Both the position numbers and the translations under genes were made by a program. Of a stretch of DNA of 64,000 nucleotides, positions 46,676 to 59,420 are shown in pieces. Below the pieces are notes generated by a model. That model worked only from the letters and a program-made list of their open reading frames with translations. It did not search any database and had not been told where the DNA came from. Each line of letters begins with the position of its first letter. Positions within the stretch are counted from its first letter, which is position 1. The DNA is from the human T2T-CHM13v2.0 reference genome, Homo sapiens, in NCBI RefSeq assembly GCF_009914755.1, contig NC_060931.1; one strand, written 5' to 3'.

Positions 46676-48988
46676 TGATATGGCTTGGCTGTGTCCTCAT
46701 CTTGAATTGTAGTTCCCATAATCCCCAAGTATTGTGGGAGGGACCAGGTGGGAAGTTATTGAATCTTGGGAGCAGTTTCCTCCATTCTGTTGACTCATGA
46801 TACTGAGTGAGTCTCATGAGATCTGATGGTTTTATAAGCATCTGACATTTCCCCTGCTTGCACTTACTCCATCTCGCCTCCCTATGAAGAAAGTTCCTGT
46901 TTATCCTTTGCCATCTGCTACGATTCTAAGTTTCCTGAGGCCTCCCCAGCAACACAAAACTGTGAATCAATTAAAGCTCTTTCTTTTATAAATTACCCAG
47001 ACTTTGGTATTTCTTCATAGCAGTGTGAGAACAATAATACAGTAAGTACCAGGAGAAGGGTGCTGCTGTAAATATGCCTGAAAATGAAGAAGCAACTTTG
47101 GAACTGGGTAACAGACAGAGGTTGGAACCATTTGGAGGACGCAGAAGACAGGGAAGTGTGTGAAAGTTTAGAACTTCCTAGAGACTTGGAGGGTTAAGAA
47201 GACAGGAAGATGTGGGGAAGTTTAGAACTTCCTAAAGACTTGTTGAATGGCTTTGACCAAAATGCTGATAGTGATATGAACAATGTAGTCCAGGCTGAGG
47301 TGGTCTCAGATGGAGATGAGGAACTTCTTGGGAACTGGAGCAAAGGTGACTCTTGCTATGCTTTAGCAAAGAGACTGGCGGCATTTTGCCCCTGTCACAG
47401 AAATACGTGGAACTTTGAACTTGAGAGAGATGACTTAGGATATCTGGCAGAAGAAACTTCTAAGCATTAAAGCATTGAAGAGTAAGCAGAGCATAAAAAT
47501 TTGGAAAATTCACAGCCTGATGATGCGATAGAAAAGAGAAACACATTTTCTGGAGGAGAAATTCAAGTCGCTGCAGAAATTTGCATAAGTAACAAAGAAT
47601 GGAATGTTAATCCAAAGACAATGGGGAAAATATCTCCAGGGAATGTCAGAGACCTTCACAGCAGCCCCTCCCAACACAGGCCCAGTGGCCTAGGAGGAAA
47701 AAAATTGTTTCATGTGCTGCGCCCAGGGTTCCCCTGCTCTGTGCAGCCTCGGGATATCGTGCCTGTATCCTAGCTGCTTCAGTCCCAGCTGTGGCTAAAA
47801 GGGGACATGATAAAGCTCGGGCCATTGCCTCAGAGGGTCCAAGCCCCAAGCCTTGGCAGCTTACTAATGGTGTTGGGCGTGAAAGTACACAGAAATCAAG
47901 AAGTGAGGTTTGGGAACCTCTAACCAAGATTTCAGAAGATGTACAGAAATGCCTGAATGTCCAGGCAGAAGTTTGCTACAGGGGCAGAGCCCTCATGGAG
48001 AACCTCTGCTAGGGCAGTGCAGAGGGGAAATGTGGAGTCAGAGCCCACACACAGAGTCCTGACTGGGGCACTGCCTAGTAGAGCTGTGAGAGGAGGGCCA
48101 CCATTCTCTATACCCCAGAATGGTAGACCCAGCAACAGCTTGCACTTCCACCTGGAAAAGCTGCAAGCACTCAATGCCAGCCTGTGAAAGCAGCCAAGAG
48201 TGAGGCTAGTCTGTACCCTGCAAAGCCACAGGGGTGGAGCTGCCCAAGGCTGTGAGAACTGACCTCTTGCATCAGCATGACCTGGACATGAGACATGGGG
48301 TCAAAGTAGATCATTTTGGAACTTTAAGGTTTAATGACTGCCTTATTGGATTTTAGACTTGCATAGGGCCTGTAGCCCCATTGTTTTTTGGCCAGTTTCT
48401 CCCATTTGGAATGTGTATATTTACTCACTAGTAAGTAACTAACTTGCTTTTGATTTTACATGTTCATAAGCAGAAGGGACTTGCCTTATCTCAGATTTGG
48501 ACTTGGACTTTTGAGTTCATGTGGGAATGAGTTAAGACTTTGGGGGGACTCTTGGGAAGGAATGATTGTGTTTTGAAATGTGAGGACATGAGATATGGGA
48601 GGAGCCAGGGCCAGCATGATATGGTTTGGTTGTGTCACCACCTAAACCACATCTTGAATTGTAAACCCCATAATCCCCACAAGTCGTGGGAAGGTCCTGG
48701 TGGGAAGTAATTGAATCATGGTGGCAGTCTCCCCCATGCTGTTCTTGTGATAGTGAATAAATCTGATAAGATATGATGGTTTTATAAGCGTCTTGCATTT
48801 CCCCTGTTTGCTCTCACTCCATCATACCACCCTGTTTAGAAGGTGCTTGCTTCTTCTTGGCCTTCTGCCATGATTGTAAGTTTCCTGAGTCCTCCCCAGC
48901 AATGTGGAACTGTGAGTCAATTAAACCTCTTTCCTTTATACCCAGTCTCAGGTATTCCTTCATATCAGCATGAGAATGGACTAATATA
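46676..48988 (+). mobile_element. Full-length THE1D-like MaLR provirus (LTR 46676-47041, internal region, LTR 48617-48988)
   Basis: Two tgatatgg..aata(c/t)a LTRs around THE1-int (NGFDQNADSDMNNVVQAEVVSDGDEELLGNWSKG); TSD atttc at 46671-46675 and 48989-48993. Confidence 0.95.
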
Positions 48989-50794
48989 ATTTCATACTAT
49001 TTTTAAAGTCATTTCTTGCTTATTACTAAGGAGTGGGGTCAGTGTTGATTTACTTTGATATCCCCAGTACCTAGAACAATGAATAATACACAGTAAGCAT
49101 ACATTAAACATTTGGTATATGATCAAATTGAGTCCTTTCTTTATCCCTCACACTAAGCTGGTACAAATTTACAGTGACAGGAAATTTCTAACTAGCCCAT
49201 TGCATATCTCAATAATTCTATTAAAATTCCATAAAATTATTGTATCAAGTATATCTCCCTGTACTGTCTTGTAACTGGTCTTAGTAGTACCTTCTTAAGA
49301 TTGTATAGAAAAGGTCATACATTTCATTTAAATTAGAAAACTGTGTTTCATTTTCTTATCTCCATTCCATTGATCCTGAGATATTTAGGATCCAGATTTA
49401 TACCCAGTAACATATAAAATATCCCTCTCAGCTTCAGTAGACACTCACAGAGGCAATAAACATGTGTTGCCCAGCTGCATCCACATCTCAGCCCAACACT
49501 GACTAGGACAGGTGGGAACAGAGTCCTTAACCAAAACATTAGCAGTGGGTATCTGAATATCAGTACAAGACAAGGCATATTCTCGACCAAAACCAAACTA
49601 AATGAACATATATCAAAAAATAACAGTCTGCAAAAGCAAGATATTTTATTAAGAAAATGCCATAAAGCATTAAATATTATAAATGTTTTCAAATATTAGA
49701 GTGTGATTTTTACAAGAAAATAATTCTTCAAGATGATTTATGTCAAAATGACAAAGAACTTACAATGATTTTCCTGCAGTTTTTAAACAATTCAAATACC
49801 ATTGGTTCTAGTTTCATCAACAAAGCTGTTATTCTCAAAGCTGCTACATGTATATGAGAAATAATCATATACAGAGGCAGGGAAAGAAACACTATTTTCT
49901 TACATGGTATCCTGTAAGTAATGAAGATTCAGAAAATAGATAAATCATGCTGTGAAACCTATAGTATGAGATGGATTGGAACTCATGAGAAATAATAACT
50001 TACTTAGAAAAATGGCAATAATAATTATAAATATTTCCTGAAGGTTCTACACTAGATCATTCACATAAAATTTTATATATACACATATATGCAAATCTAT
50101 ATGCTATGAGATATAAAGGTATTAAATAAATGTAAAATATTATGACTTCAATGATGATAATCACTAAAGACAAATATTAGTTATCTAACATCTGTTAAAT
50201 CAATGAGCTAATAAATGAAAAATATAAAAATTAAAGGCAAAAATAATTAGGAATGAAAGGTATAGGAAGAACACATTAATTGCTGATTAAATAGAATCAT
50301 CTCTCAAAGAAGGAACAACGGCAAGAGGTGGCTGGGGCTTCTCCACTCCTAGTCTCTCTGACCACCACCACCACCACACAAGAAAAAGTACACTACGTGT
50401 ATGTTGCTATGTACATACTGTATGTGCTTGCTGTGCAAATACTGTCAAAACAGCTTCCACCTCGAACTCTACTCCCCTCTCCTAGAAATTCAGAACCCTC
50501 AAACTGCCAGGAGCACACTCAAATATGCCATATATCCTCAACATAAACTGAACTGAAGATTTCACTTATATGTATCAACCACACACAAAGAGCTGTCATT
50601 TTCTACAATTCGATTGTTTACCAAATCTGCACGAACCAGAAAATTTCCAACTCTCCCTAATTTTATACTGCCCCAGCCTCTTATGATTCTTCAGTGAAAT
50701 ATGGAGAGGATACAATTCATATCAAAAAGTAGCTGTTGAACTTAAATAAGATGTAGATATAAAAGGTCTTCATAACTTCTTTCCTTCATCTAAT

Positions 50795-51101
50795 CTTTGT
50801 TAAAATTTCACCTCTTAATGAGGCACACCCTGATTACCCTACTTAAAACTTTGACTTCACGCACTTCCCTCTGCCCAACCCTAGCAAGCTTGATCTTGAC
50901 TGTCCCGACTGCCCTTACCCTACTCAGAATTTTCTGTTTTCTCCAAAGGAAATAACACTTTCTAACACATTACATATTATTTATTGTCTCTTTATACCAG
51001 GAGGCAGGGCTAATCCTCAGTTTTGTTTTCTGTTTTATCCTGAGTACCTCAAACAGCACATAGTAAGCACTCAGTAAATATTTACTCAATAAATGAATGA
51101 A
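50795..51101 (+). mobile_element. L2 3' end
   Basis: ..ggaggcaggg..gcacatagtaagcactcagtaaatatttactcaataaatgaatgaa. Confidence 0.75.
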
Positions 51102-51240
51102 TATTTGCTATAATGCAGATGTCTCATGCCATATGTTTGAATAGCAGTACACGTTTTACATATTGTACCTTGGTGACAAAATACTATTGACAATGACAAA
51201 AGGAACATTTTGTTATTTCCTAAAATTATAAAGCTGCAAA

Positions 51241-51616
51241 TATATTAGTCCACTTTCACACTGCTACAAAGAACTGCCTGAGCCTGGATAATTTATAAAA
51301 GAAAGAGGCATAACTGACTCACACTTCAGCACTGTAAGTTCAGGAAACTTACAATCATGGCAGAAGGCAAAGGGGAAACAAGGCACCTTCTACACAGGGT
51401 GGCAGGAAGGAAAACAAATGGAGGAGGAACTGCCACACGCTTATTAAATCATCAGATCTCATGAGAACTCACTATTAGGAGACCATCATGAAGGAAACCA
51501 CTGCCATGATTCAATTACCTCCAGCTGGTTTCTCCGTTGACATGTGCAGATTATAAGGATTATGGGGGTTCAATTCAAGATGAGATTTTGGGTGGGAACC
51601 CAGCCAAACCGTATCA
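51241..51616 (-). mobile_element. THE1C/D-like solo LTR
   Basis: tatattagtccactttcacactgcta..caggaaacttacaatcatggcagaaggcaaagggg..cagccaaaccgtatca. Confidence 0.92.
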
Positions 51617-52067
51617 GATATAGTCTATGCTTTTCAGCTGGACTGGCACCTCAATCTCTTGGTAGCCTAAATTAATCAATAGAAGACTTTTCCCAATTAA
51701 AAATAATTAAACAAGCAGTTTAGTTTAACATTCTTGTAGTAGATGAATGCTAATAAAATATTTTGAGGCTAAACTCAAATAGGTGACAGGTGAATACTTG
51801 TCATATCCTTTGATTGGCATTTTTCATTCCTCTGTATGTTAAAGTGAGACTACTGGAATTGATCTGTACCCCACCTCACCTCACAAATACACCCAACTGC
51901 AAGCCTTTCTGACATCAATGCTAAAAACATACAGACAAAACATATAGTCCCAGCTAAAATGGAAACTTGCAATAGATTAATTTGTCATGGTAATATGAAG
52001 ATGGCGTCCTTTTTATTTCTTCCATTTTCTTCAAGTTCTTAGGATGAACACTTCACCAGAACAAGTA

Positions 52068-52393
52068 CAGTGGTCCCCTCTTTTCCATGGTTTTGAGCTC
52101 CAGGGTTTCAGTTACCCACAATCAACAGCTGCCCAAAAACAGGTGAGTATAATCCAATCAGATATTTTGAGAGAGAATCACATTTACATAACTTTTATTT
52201 CAGTCTGTTCTTATCAATGTTCTATTTTATTACTAGTTATTACTGCTAATCTCTTACTAATTTACAAATTAAATTTTATCAAAAGTATGTATGCATAGGA
52301 AAACAGTGTATATAGAGTTTAGTACTATCTGTGGTACCAGGCACCCACTAGGGATCTTGGAACATATCCCCTGTGGAAAAAGGGGACTCCTAT
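52068..52393. mobile_element. MER44-like (Tigger7) MITE
   Basis: ta|cagtggtcccctcttttccatgg..caggcacccactagggatcttggaacatatcccctgtgga.aaagggga. Confidence 0.82.
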
Positions 52394-52544
52394 GTAGTAA
52401 AAAAAGATACTACATCCCCAGCATGCATTCCTCCTCTTTATGAGATACTAGCACCTGACTTTTCTTTGAATATTTATTTACCCTCTCTCAAGTATACAAT
52501 TAGATACTCAGTTCTGGAGGTATCAGGACTGGTAAAGATGATCG

Positions 52545-52950
52545 ACATAATTTATCCCCTTATCCACTGCAAATTGTTTGGAGATGAGTACATGCCACAA
52601 TTTGGGCCAAAGAGAGCACAAGAATTGCTGGGGTGTGTGCATCAACCCTGCAAGAGATTTCTGCTCTTCAGTAGAAAGACATGTTGAGATGGCAGCCAGT
52701 CTACAACACAAGAGGACAGCCTAGAGCCAGAGATCCACAATGTGGCACCTGAGAATGAAGCTGGCAGTGCAGGTCAAAGAGTTAAGAAACAAGAAACCAG
52801 TACCTGGGGGCTGTTTTGGTAGCCCATCAAGCCTCATTGAAGCTGAATTCTCCTCTATCCTTTTCAGTTATGTGAATAAATAATTGTTTTATTTTGTGTG
52901 GTTAAAGCTATTTGTTTTCATTGCTTGCAGTATAAGCAGTTCTTACCACC
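52545..52950 (+). mobile_element. Old MLT1 (J/K/L-like) LTR
   Basis: cctgagaatgaagc..ttttcagttatgtgaataaataa..ttaaagcta..ttttcattgcttgca. Confidence 0.6.
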
Positions 52951-52997
52951 AGCCTTCCCACAGATGAAGAAAATATTCATTTATATGGTAGGGCTGA

Positions 52998-53345
<348 letters not shown>

Positions 53346-55572
53346 CATTTCAATGTTTTATCTGCATTTAGACATGAAAATTACTACTAGGTAGATTAAA
53401 TATTTAGGTTCTTGCCTGCCATGGCCAGGTCAGTATCTAGGAATTTAACATCCAAAAACTTAAAGACTATGTACATTGGGAGGCCAAGGGAAGATAAACA
53501 TTGAAAAGTGTATAGATCTACAGATTGGGAAAGCCATGGTCCCTAAAGACATGATATGTTGGCATGGTATTAGCAAACTCATTATCAGGTTGGGTAATGA
53601 ATTTGTGCTAATCAAGTATTGTCATTATAATAGTGTTCTACCTTCTTCAGCCATTTCAGCACAAGGTAAGAGTTTATAATGACATACATAATTTTACCAT
53701 AAAACACAGAGAATTAATACCTTAGCAAGTGTTTTATCCTTGGTATTATCTAAAAGGTCCTAGGGCATAATTGAAAATTAGCCAGAAACAACTGTAAATT
53801 AAGTAAAATAGGGACCAAAATTGCAAATTTTATATATAAATACACACTTGTATGTACACACACATACATACATCATGGAAAAGACAGAATTTAGGAACAA
53901 CCTGGTAATATAAAAAAGAAATTTTCTTCCACATGTAAATTTTCCTTAAACTTTCATTTGACTTAAGTATGAAACTAGAGACCTGCCAAAAAGTTTTAAT
54001 AAATAATACATTATAAAGATATGTTCCATTATACTTGGCTGTAATAACAAAAATAATAAAAATTGAATTGAAAAGATATAATAACAAGCTGAATACCAAG
54101 TTCAATAATAACAATCTGAAATAATTCACAATGATAAAGGAAATATCACAAGTTCACATTAAAATGATGAATGCCCTAAGGTCTCCAAAAACAAAATTTG
54201 AAAGCAAATATTAAAGGTGCAGAAAGTTACAAATAAGGTAATTTAATCCTAATCGTCAGCATGATCATTCATCAGGTTTGAGGAGACTGAAGAACAGAAA
54301 GAGGCAAAAAACTTACTAAAACAGAAGTAGTATTTTACAAAGGGATACTCATGGAACAAATTAAAGTGGTACAACTCAATCTCACGCATACACAAGCAAA
54401 AATTCTCGTCTGGCAAATCTTGTCTATTATTTGTGGAAAACAGGATCTTCAGGCAGAAAGTGTAAACACAACACTCCATGCATACAGGGAAACTGACGTC
54501 TGCACTCTCAGTCACTAGGTTACTATGGGCACATATCAATAAGTCAATAGATGTTCAGTGGCTAGACAAATGATGATTGAATTAAAACCATTTCTCTCCT
54601 CATGAAAATAATGGTATTTTTCTCATAAATATAAACACATATAAACCAGAAAATGAGTCTCACACAGAGAAGAAACACTTGTTTTTTACTCACTATATAC
54701 TAATGCTGCCTTGAGGAAATTAAATAACTCTTTTCTATTTGGACACAATTAATGCAGATTCTTAAAATAACAAAAATTAGCATTTCATATGCAATTAAGT
54801 AAAGTTTAAAATACATTAATGTTAACAAAACTAACATCCAGTAAGGAAAATTGAAATATACATGCACATCGAGGTTAACAAATGCAGTAGTATAAAGTAC
54901 TACAGGAAAAATTCAGAATATGTTTGAATAAGTTTTAACTTGTTTTTAAAAAAAAATGACAAGGAAAAAAACTGGTATTAGGAACTTGGCAAAAAATTAA
55001 CAATAAACAGTTTTCGGAACATGCCGTGGAATGATCAGGGTTCAGCTCAATTTCCCATACTGCCAACATCTAGAGCTATAGCAAACATAAAATATATGCT
55101 TGTAATATATGGTCCTAATCACAATAAAATCACAATCATCTGAGGGATAGGTTTATGTTCAGTGTGGTATATGTATGCATTTTTTAAAAAGAAAGAGGAT
55201 CAAACAGTAAGGTTTATGGTGAATATTTATTTTAACCAAATAATTTTACTATTGGATTAACCTAATATTTTATTAGGTCTATATGAGTATGAAAGTCTAC
55301 CTTATGAGTATTACATATTTTATTAGAATAACCAAATAATTTTATCATATAGAATATGATAAAATTATCAATCTACCCTATGACTATTAAAATATTAATT
55401 GAAACATAAGCTTTAAGCTGTAAGCTCCTTGAAGCTACCCACTGTATTCCTTTGTTTACGACCATATTCCCAGGACAAGAGCCCAACACGGTATGTAGCA
55501 AGTGGTAAGCACTCAATAACGAATAAAGTCATTTATAAAGGCATAGCAGATGAGATAAGTTATCCCTCTAGG

Positions 55573-55897
55573 CAAGGGATCAGCAAACTTTTCCTATAAA
55601 GGGCCAGATAGTAATTTTTTCAACTCTGCAGGCCATAGGGCCTGTGTCCAAACTAGTCAACTCTACCTGTGTAGCATGAAAGACTCTAGAGCTAATAAAT
55701 AAATGAATGGAAATGGCTGTGTTCTAATAAAACTGAAATTTAACTTGCTTACAATTTTCATGTTATAAAATTTTCATTTGATTTTTTTCAACTTTTAAGA
55801 ATGTAAAAACCATTCTTAGCTTGCCAAAACTACAAAAACAGCTATCAAGCCATATTTGGCCTGCAAGTTGTATTACTAGTTTACCAACCAACACTTA
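55573..55897 (+). mobile_element. MER58B-like hAT-Charlie element
   Basis: caagggatcagcaaacttttcctataaagggccagatagtaa..tggctgtgttctaataaaact..atttggcctgca; flanks (c/t)tctagg on both sides. Confidence 0.82.
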
Positions 55898-57009
55898 TTC
55901 TAGGCCAACAATTAGATATTGTCCATATACAACTAAATGCTGTATATTGTAAGAAATTTAATACAAGGAAAAAGGCTTAGATTGAAAAAAAATCCCTCTG
56001 AACTTCATAGCTCCATCTGTAATAGAACTAATATAAAAACCAGAATTGCTGTTAAGATTAAATGAGATGATGCATAGTGATGAATACATATCAGATGCTC
56101 ACCTCAGAACCTGGAAAGAATCTTTAGAAACAGCAGATGTTATAGGCAGACCACCTCACATCAAAGTTTACTACAGTGAGCAAAATATTAATATTCTCCA
56201 AAGAACTTTGTGTCAATATTTGCAAAACTATTTTTAATTTACTGACAACTGAAAGAAATTATTACAAGGCAATGAGTGTCAATAATCAACCTAATTTCAA
56301 AACACCAATGCAAAAGCCATTAGACTGTCATTCTCAATTACTTAATTTACTGTCTGCCAATAATTTAACTAATATAGGTTAATGAGTTTATACATTTTAC
56401 ATACATAAAACCTATCAGGTTATACTATGCTGACTCCTCTAAAATTCTTTAATGGGAAAGAAAACAGATCCTTTGAAAAAAATTGTAATAACATAATAAT
56501 TGTTATTTCATGGACTATATCCGGAGAGACTTGGCTTCATAAAACAAGAGGCAAGGAGGTAAGTCTGGTGAAAACATGCCCAAGTTTCCTATTAGCTTAT
56601 TCATTTTAGGTCAAGTCATCATTTAGTACCCATCCATTTATCCAGGACAGAAAACACTTGTGCAAATTATCCTGGCAAGATGTTATGGGGCTCTGAGACA
56701 TCTACTGTAACTTTATGGACTGAGTTTATAAGGTTACGAACTTATAAGTGCTACTTCCTCCTAGGTATCATGCACATCAATTTTGAAAATTTATTTCCAG
56801 TGACTTGCATATAGACCCTTACACAGTGTAATTAAATACAATGTATATATGGCTAATAAACTCTAAGATTCTTTTCAATAAACTAAAATTCTCCAACAAA
56901 ATATAGCCTAATACTCTGATAAATAAGATAACCTTTAAAGTATCCAACCTTAAAGGATGTGATCTATTGACAACTGTCTCCCTCACTAAATGAGTAACAT
57001 TAATAAGAA

Positions 57010-57205
57010 CATTTGAGTACATTTAGTATATGAGATATGAATCACTTTACATGAATTACATTTCTGAATCCCCATAATAACCTTATAAGGCAAGTGTAAT
57101 TATCACATTTTAAAATATGCAGACTGTAGTTCCCAGAGATTAAATAACTTGCCCAAGGTCACACAATTGATAGGAACACTGTGTGGGATCTGAACCTGTC
57201 TTGCT
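57010..57205 (-). mobile_element. MIR
   Basis: cagagattaaataacttgcccaaggtcacaca core. Confidence 0.85.
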
Positions 57206-59114
57206 TTGTACTTTGCTTAGTACCCTGCTTAATTAAACCTCTGTTATTTGGGCACAACTAAGCAGAAAAATGCCTTTACAATTTATAGGAACATTTATTT
57301 AGTTATTATTCTCCAGTTTTAAAATACCTGAACATTCACTAGCTGTTAGGCAGACATGATGACCCCACATGACCATGCTACATCCGAAGACTTAGAAATT
57401 TTCATGGTTTTCGCAGCCTCCTGAAAATGGGCAATGAATGCTTATCTATCCCTCTCTCCCTTTTTCCTCCTTCTTCAACTCATTACATTATCATTATCTT
57501 TATTATATTTATGACATAAGTTGACTTTTTCTTTTTCTTTTAAACATACCATTACAATCAACATCTCTGTGTATAAATGTTTGGTTCCGGTTATTTTCTT
57601 AGAAATGAATTCTGGAAATAAAACTACTGGGAAAATTATGAGAGCATTTTCAGGTTCCTTGATATTTGATGCCAGAGTGCTTTCTAGGAAATTTGTAAAA
57701 ATATGTATTCCTATTAGTAGTATATAAGGATGAACAGTTCATCCTTTTAAAATATAAGTAATTTTAGGAGAGACAATTCATCATGGATTTCTTGCTGTGA
57801 ATTAATTGAATTGATTTACTTGCTCCTTAATAGCAAGCAGAAATCTGTTTCATTATGGGAAAGATGATTTCCATTGGAGGAGAAGGAAAGAGAAAGTTTA
57901 GATAATTTTGGAGTGTGCAACAGGGATAGGAAGTGGTTCTTTCAGTTGAGGACTGAGTGGCTAATGGACAGTATGAAAAGAAATGGACATGCTCAGAGGG
58001 CAAAATAGTTGTCTATCAATAAAGTAAAGTAAACAAGGTAAGAAGAAATCAAAGACCATCTTCAAAGTTGGCTCTGAAAACATGAAGTATAATTTCCTAT
58101 ACCTTCATATTGGCATATTGATATGGATTTTCTTTAGCAAATAGCAATGATAAAATTTTACTGGGTTTTAACATGTTAGCTTCTTTATTTTCCCCTATTC
58201 ATTGCTGACATTGCCTTTCTTCTCATCAGTATGCAAGATATACACTTAAAAATATTTTGGGGGGATATTTTCAAGAGTCTTGGAAGAATTGAATATATTC
58301 AAGCTTTAACAATAAGAGTCCATAATCATTCATTAAATGGAATTGACTGGAACTCTGTAATTAAAAACTGCCTGCCAGATTAAGGGCACAGCAGGCATAG
58401 AGCAAAATGACAGATACTCCAAATAACCAAAGATACAGATCTAAAATTAGCTCAAACTTGTTCTCAGATTTGCTAAGAAGGGGAATAGTTCCATAAAGTA
58501 AACTGAAATCTAAAAGATCTCTGTTTGTGGATACAGGTATGAATATCGTCTTTTTCCCTGCAGAGATATAATCACAAAATAACCAATTCCCACTTTCTTC
58601 TTCATTGTATAAAGTGTACTGTGGCAGATTGTTCCTTTTATTTACCAGGCTTCTAGAAACATTTATACTTTTCAAGCTAAAAAGGTTGTTTTTTAAATCA
58701 TCAAATAACAGCCTTCAAGGAATGATTTCTTCAGCAAGAATGTCACAGGATTCAACTCTTAAAAACCTAAGTAACAGTATAAAAACTCTAAGTATATTGC
58801 CTAATATAATCTAGTATTTTCTTTCTGGTATCTAGATGGTGTATAAAGGAAAAGAAGAAATGCAATTTAACCTTGTAGCAATTCTCCATTCTTTCCCAAA
58901 CTTAAAGAGACATTCTAATCTAGCATAATCTTCATTGTCCTATGTGTTGTAAAATAACCTTTTCTTTCAACAAGGCATTGAACGAAAGCTATAGTGTTTC
59001 AAACAAGAAAGTCATCCCTTCTGTTAATGGAAGTCGAACGTCTTTTTAGAACAGCACAGGGTTTTAAATGATGGCTTTCTTCCTAAAACCAGAGCCAGAC
59101 TTCTGGGTAAAAGA

Positions 59115-59240
59115 GGGCACAGGGAAAACTTAGCATAGCAGGCTTGAGACTGCTGTCTTTAAAATGGCCTGCTTGCAAGACTGGCTTTTGGCTGACATCA
59201 GGAAACTTGAATGGTAAATAGTTTCTAAACTGATAGAAAA
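59115..59240. mobile_element. ERVL LTR end fragment (MER21/MER68/MER77 group)
   Basis: catagcaggcttgagactgctgtcttta.aa.ggcctgcttgcaag..ttggctgacatc.ggaaactt. Confidence 0.65.
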
Positions 59241-59420
59241 CTTTCTTTCTTTGAGAAAGAGTCTTACTCTGTCTCCCAGCCTGGAGTACAGTGACACAAT
59301 CTCGGCTCACTGCAACCTCTGTCTCCAGGGTCCAAGCGATTCTCATGCCTCAGCCTCCTGATTAGCTGGGATCACAGGTGTGTGACACCACGCCTGGCCA
59401 ATTTTTTGTATTTTTAGTAG
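59241..59420 (-). mobile_element. AluS right arm only
   Basis: ttgagaaagagtcttactctgtc..aattttttgtatttttagtag, then an abrupt end. Confidence 0.9.

Noticed and set aside
47210-48187. ORFs in the THE1 internal region
   Set aside because: Fragmented remnants of the MaLR internal ORF; the ~54-bp repeat at 47143-47242 is, as recalled, a family feature.
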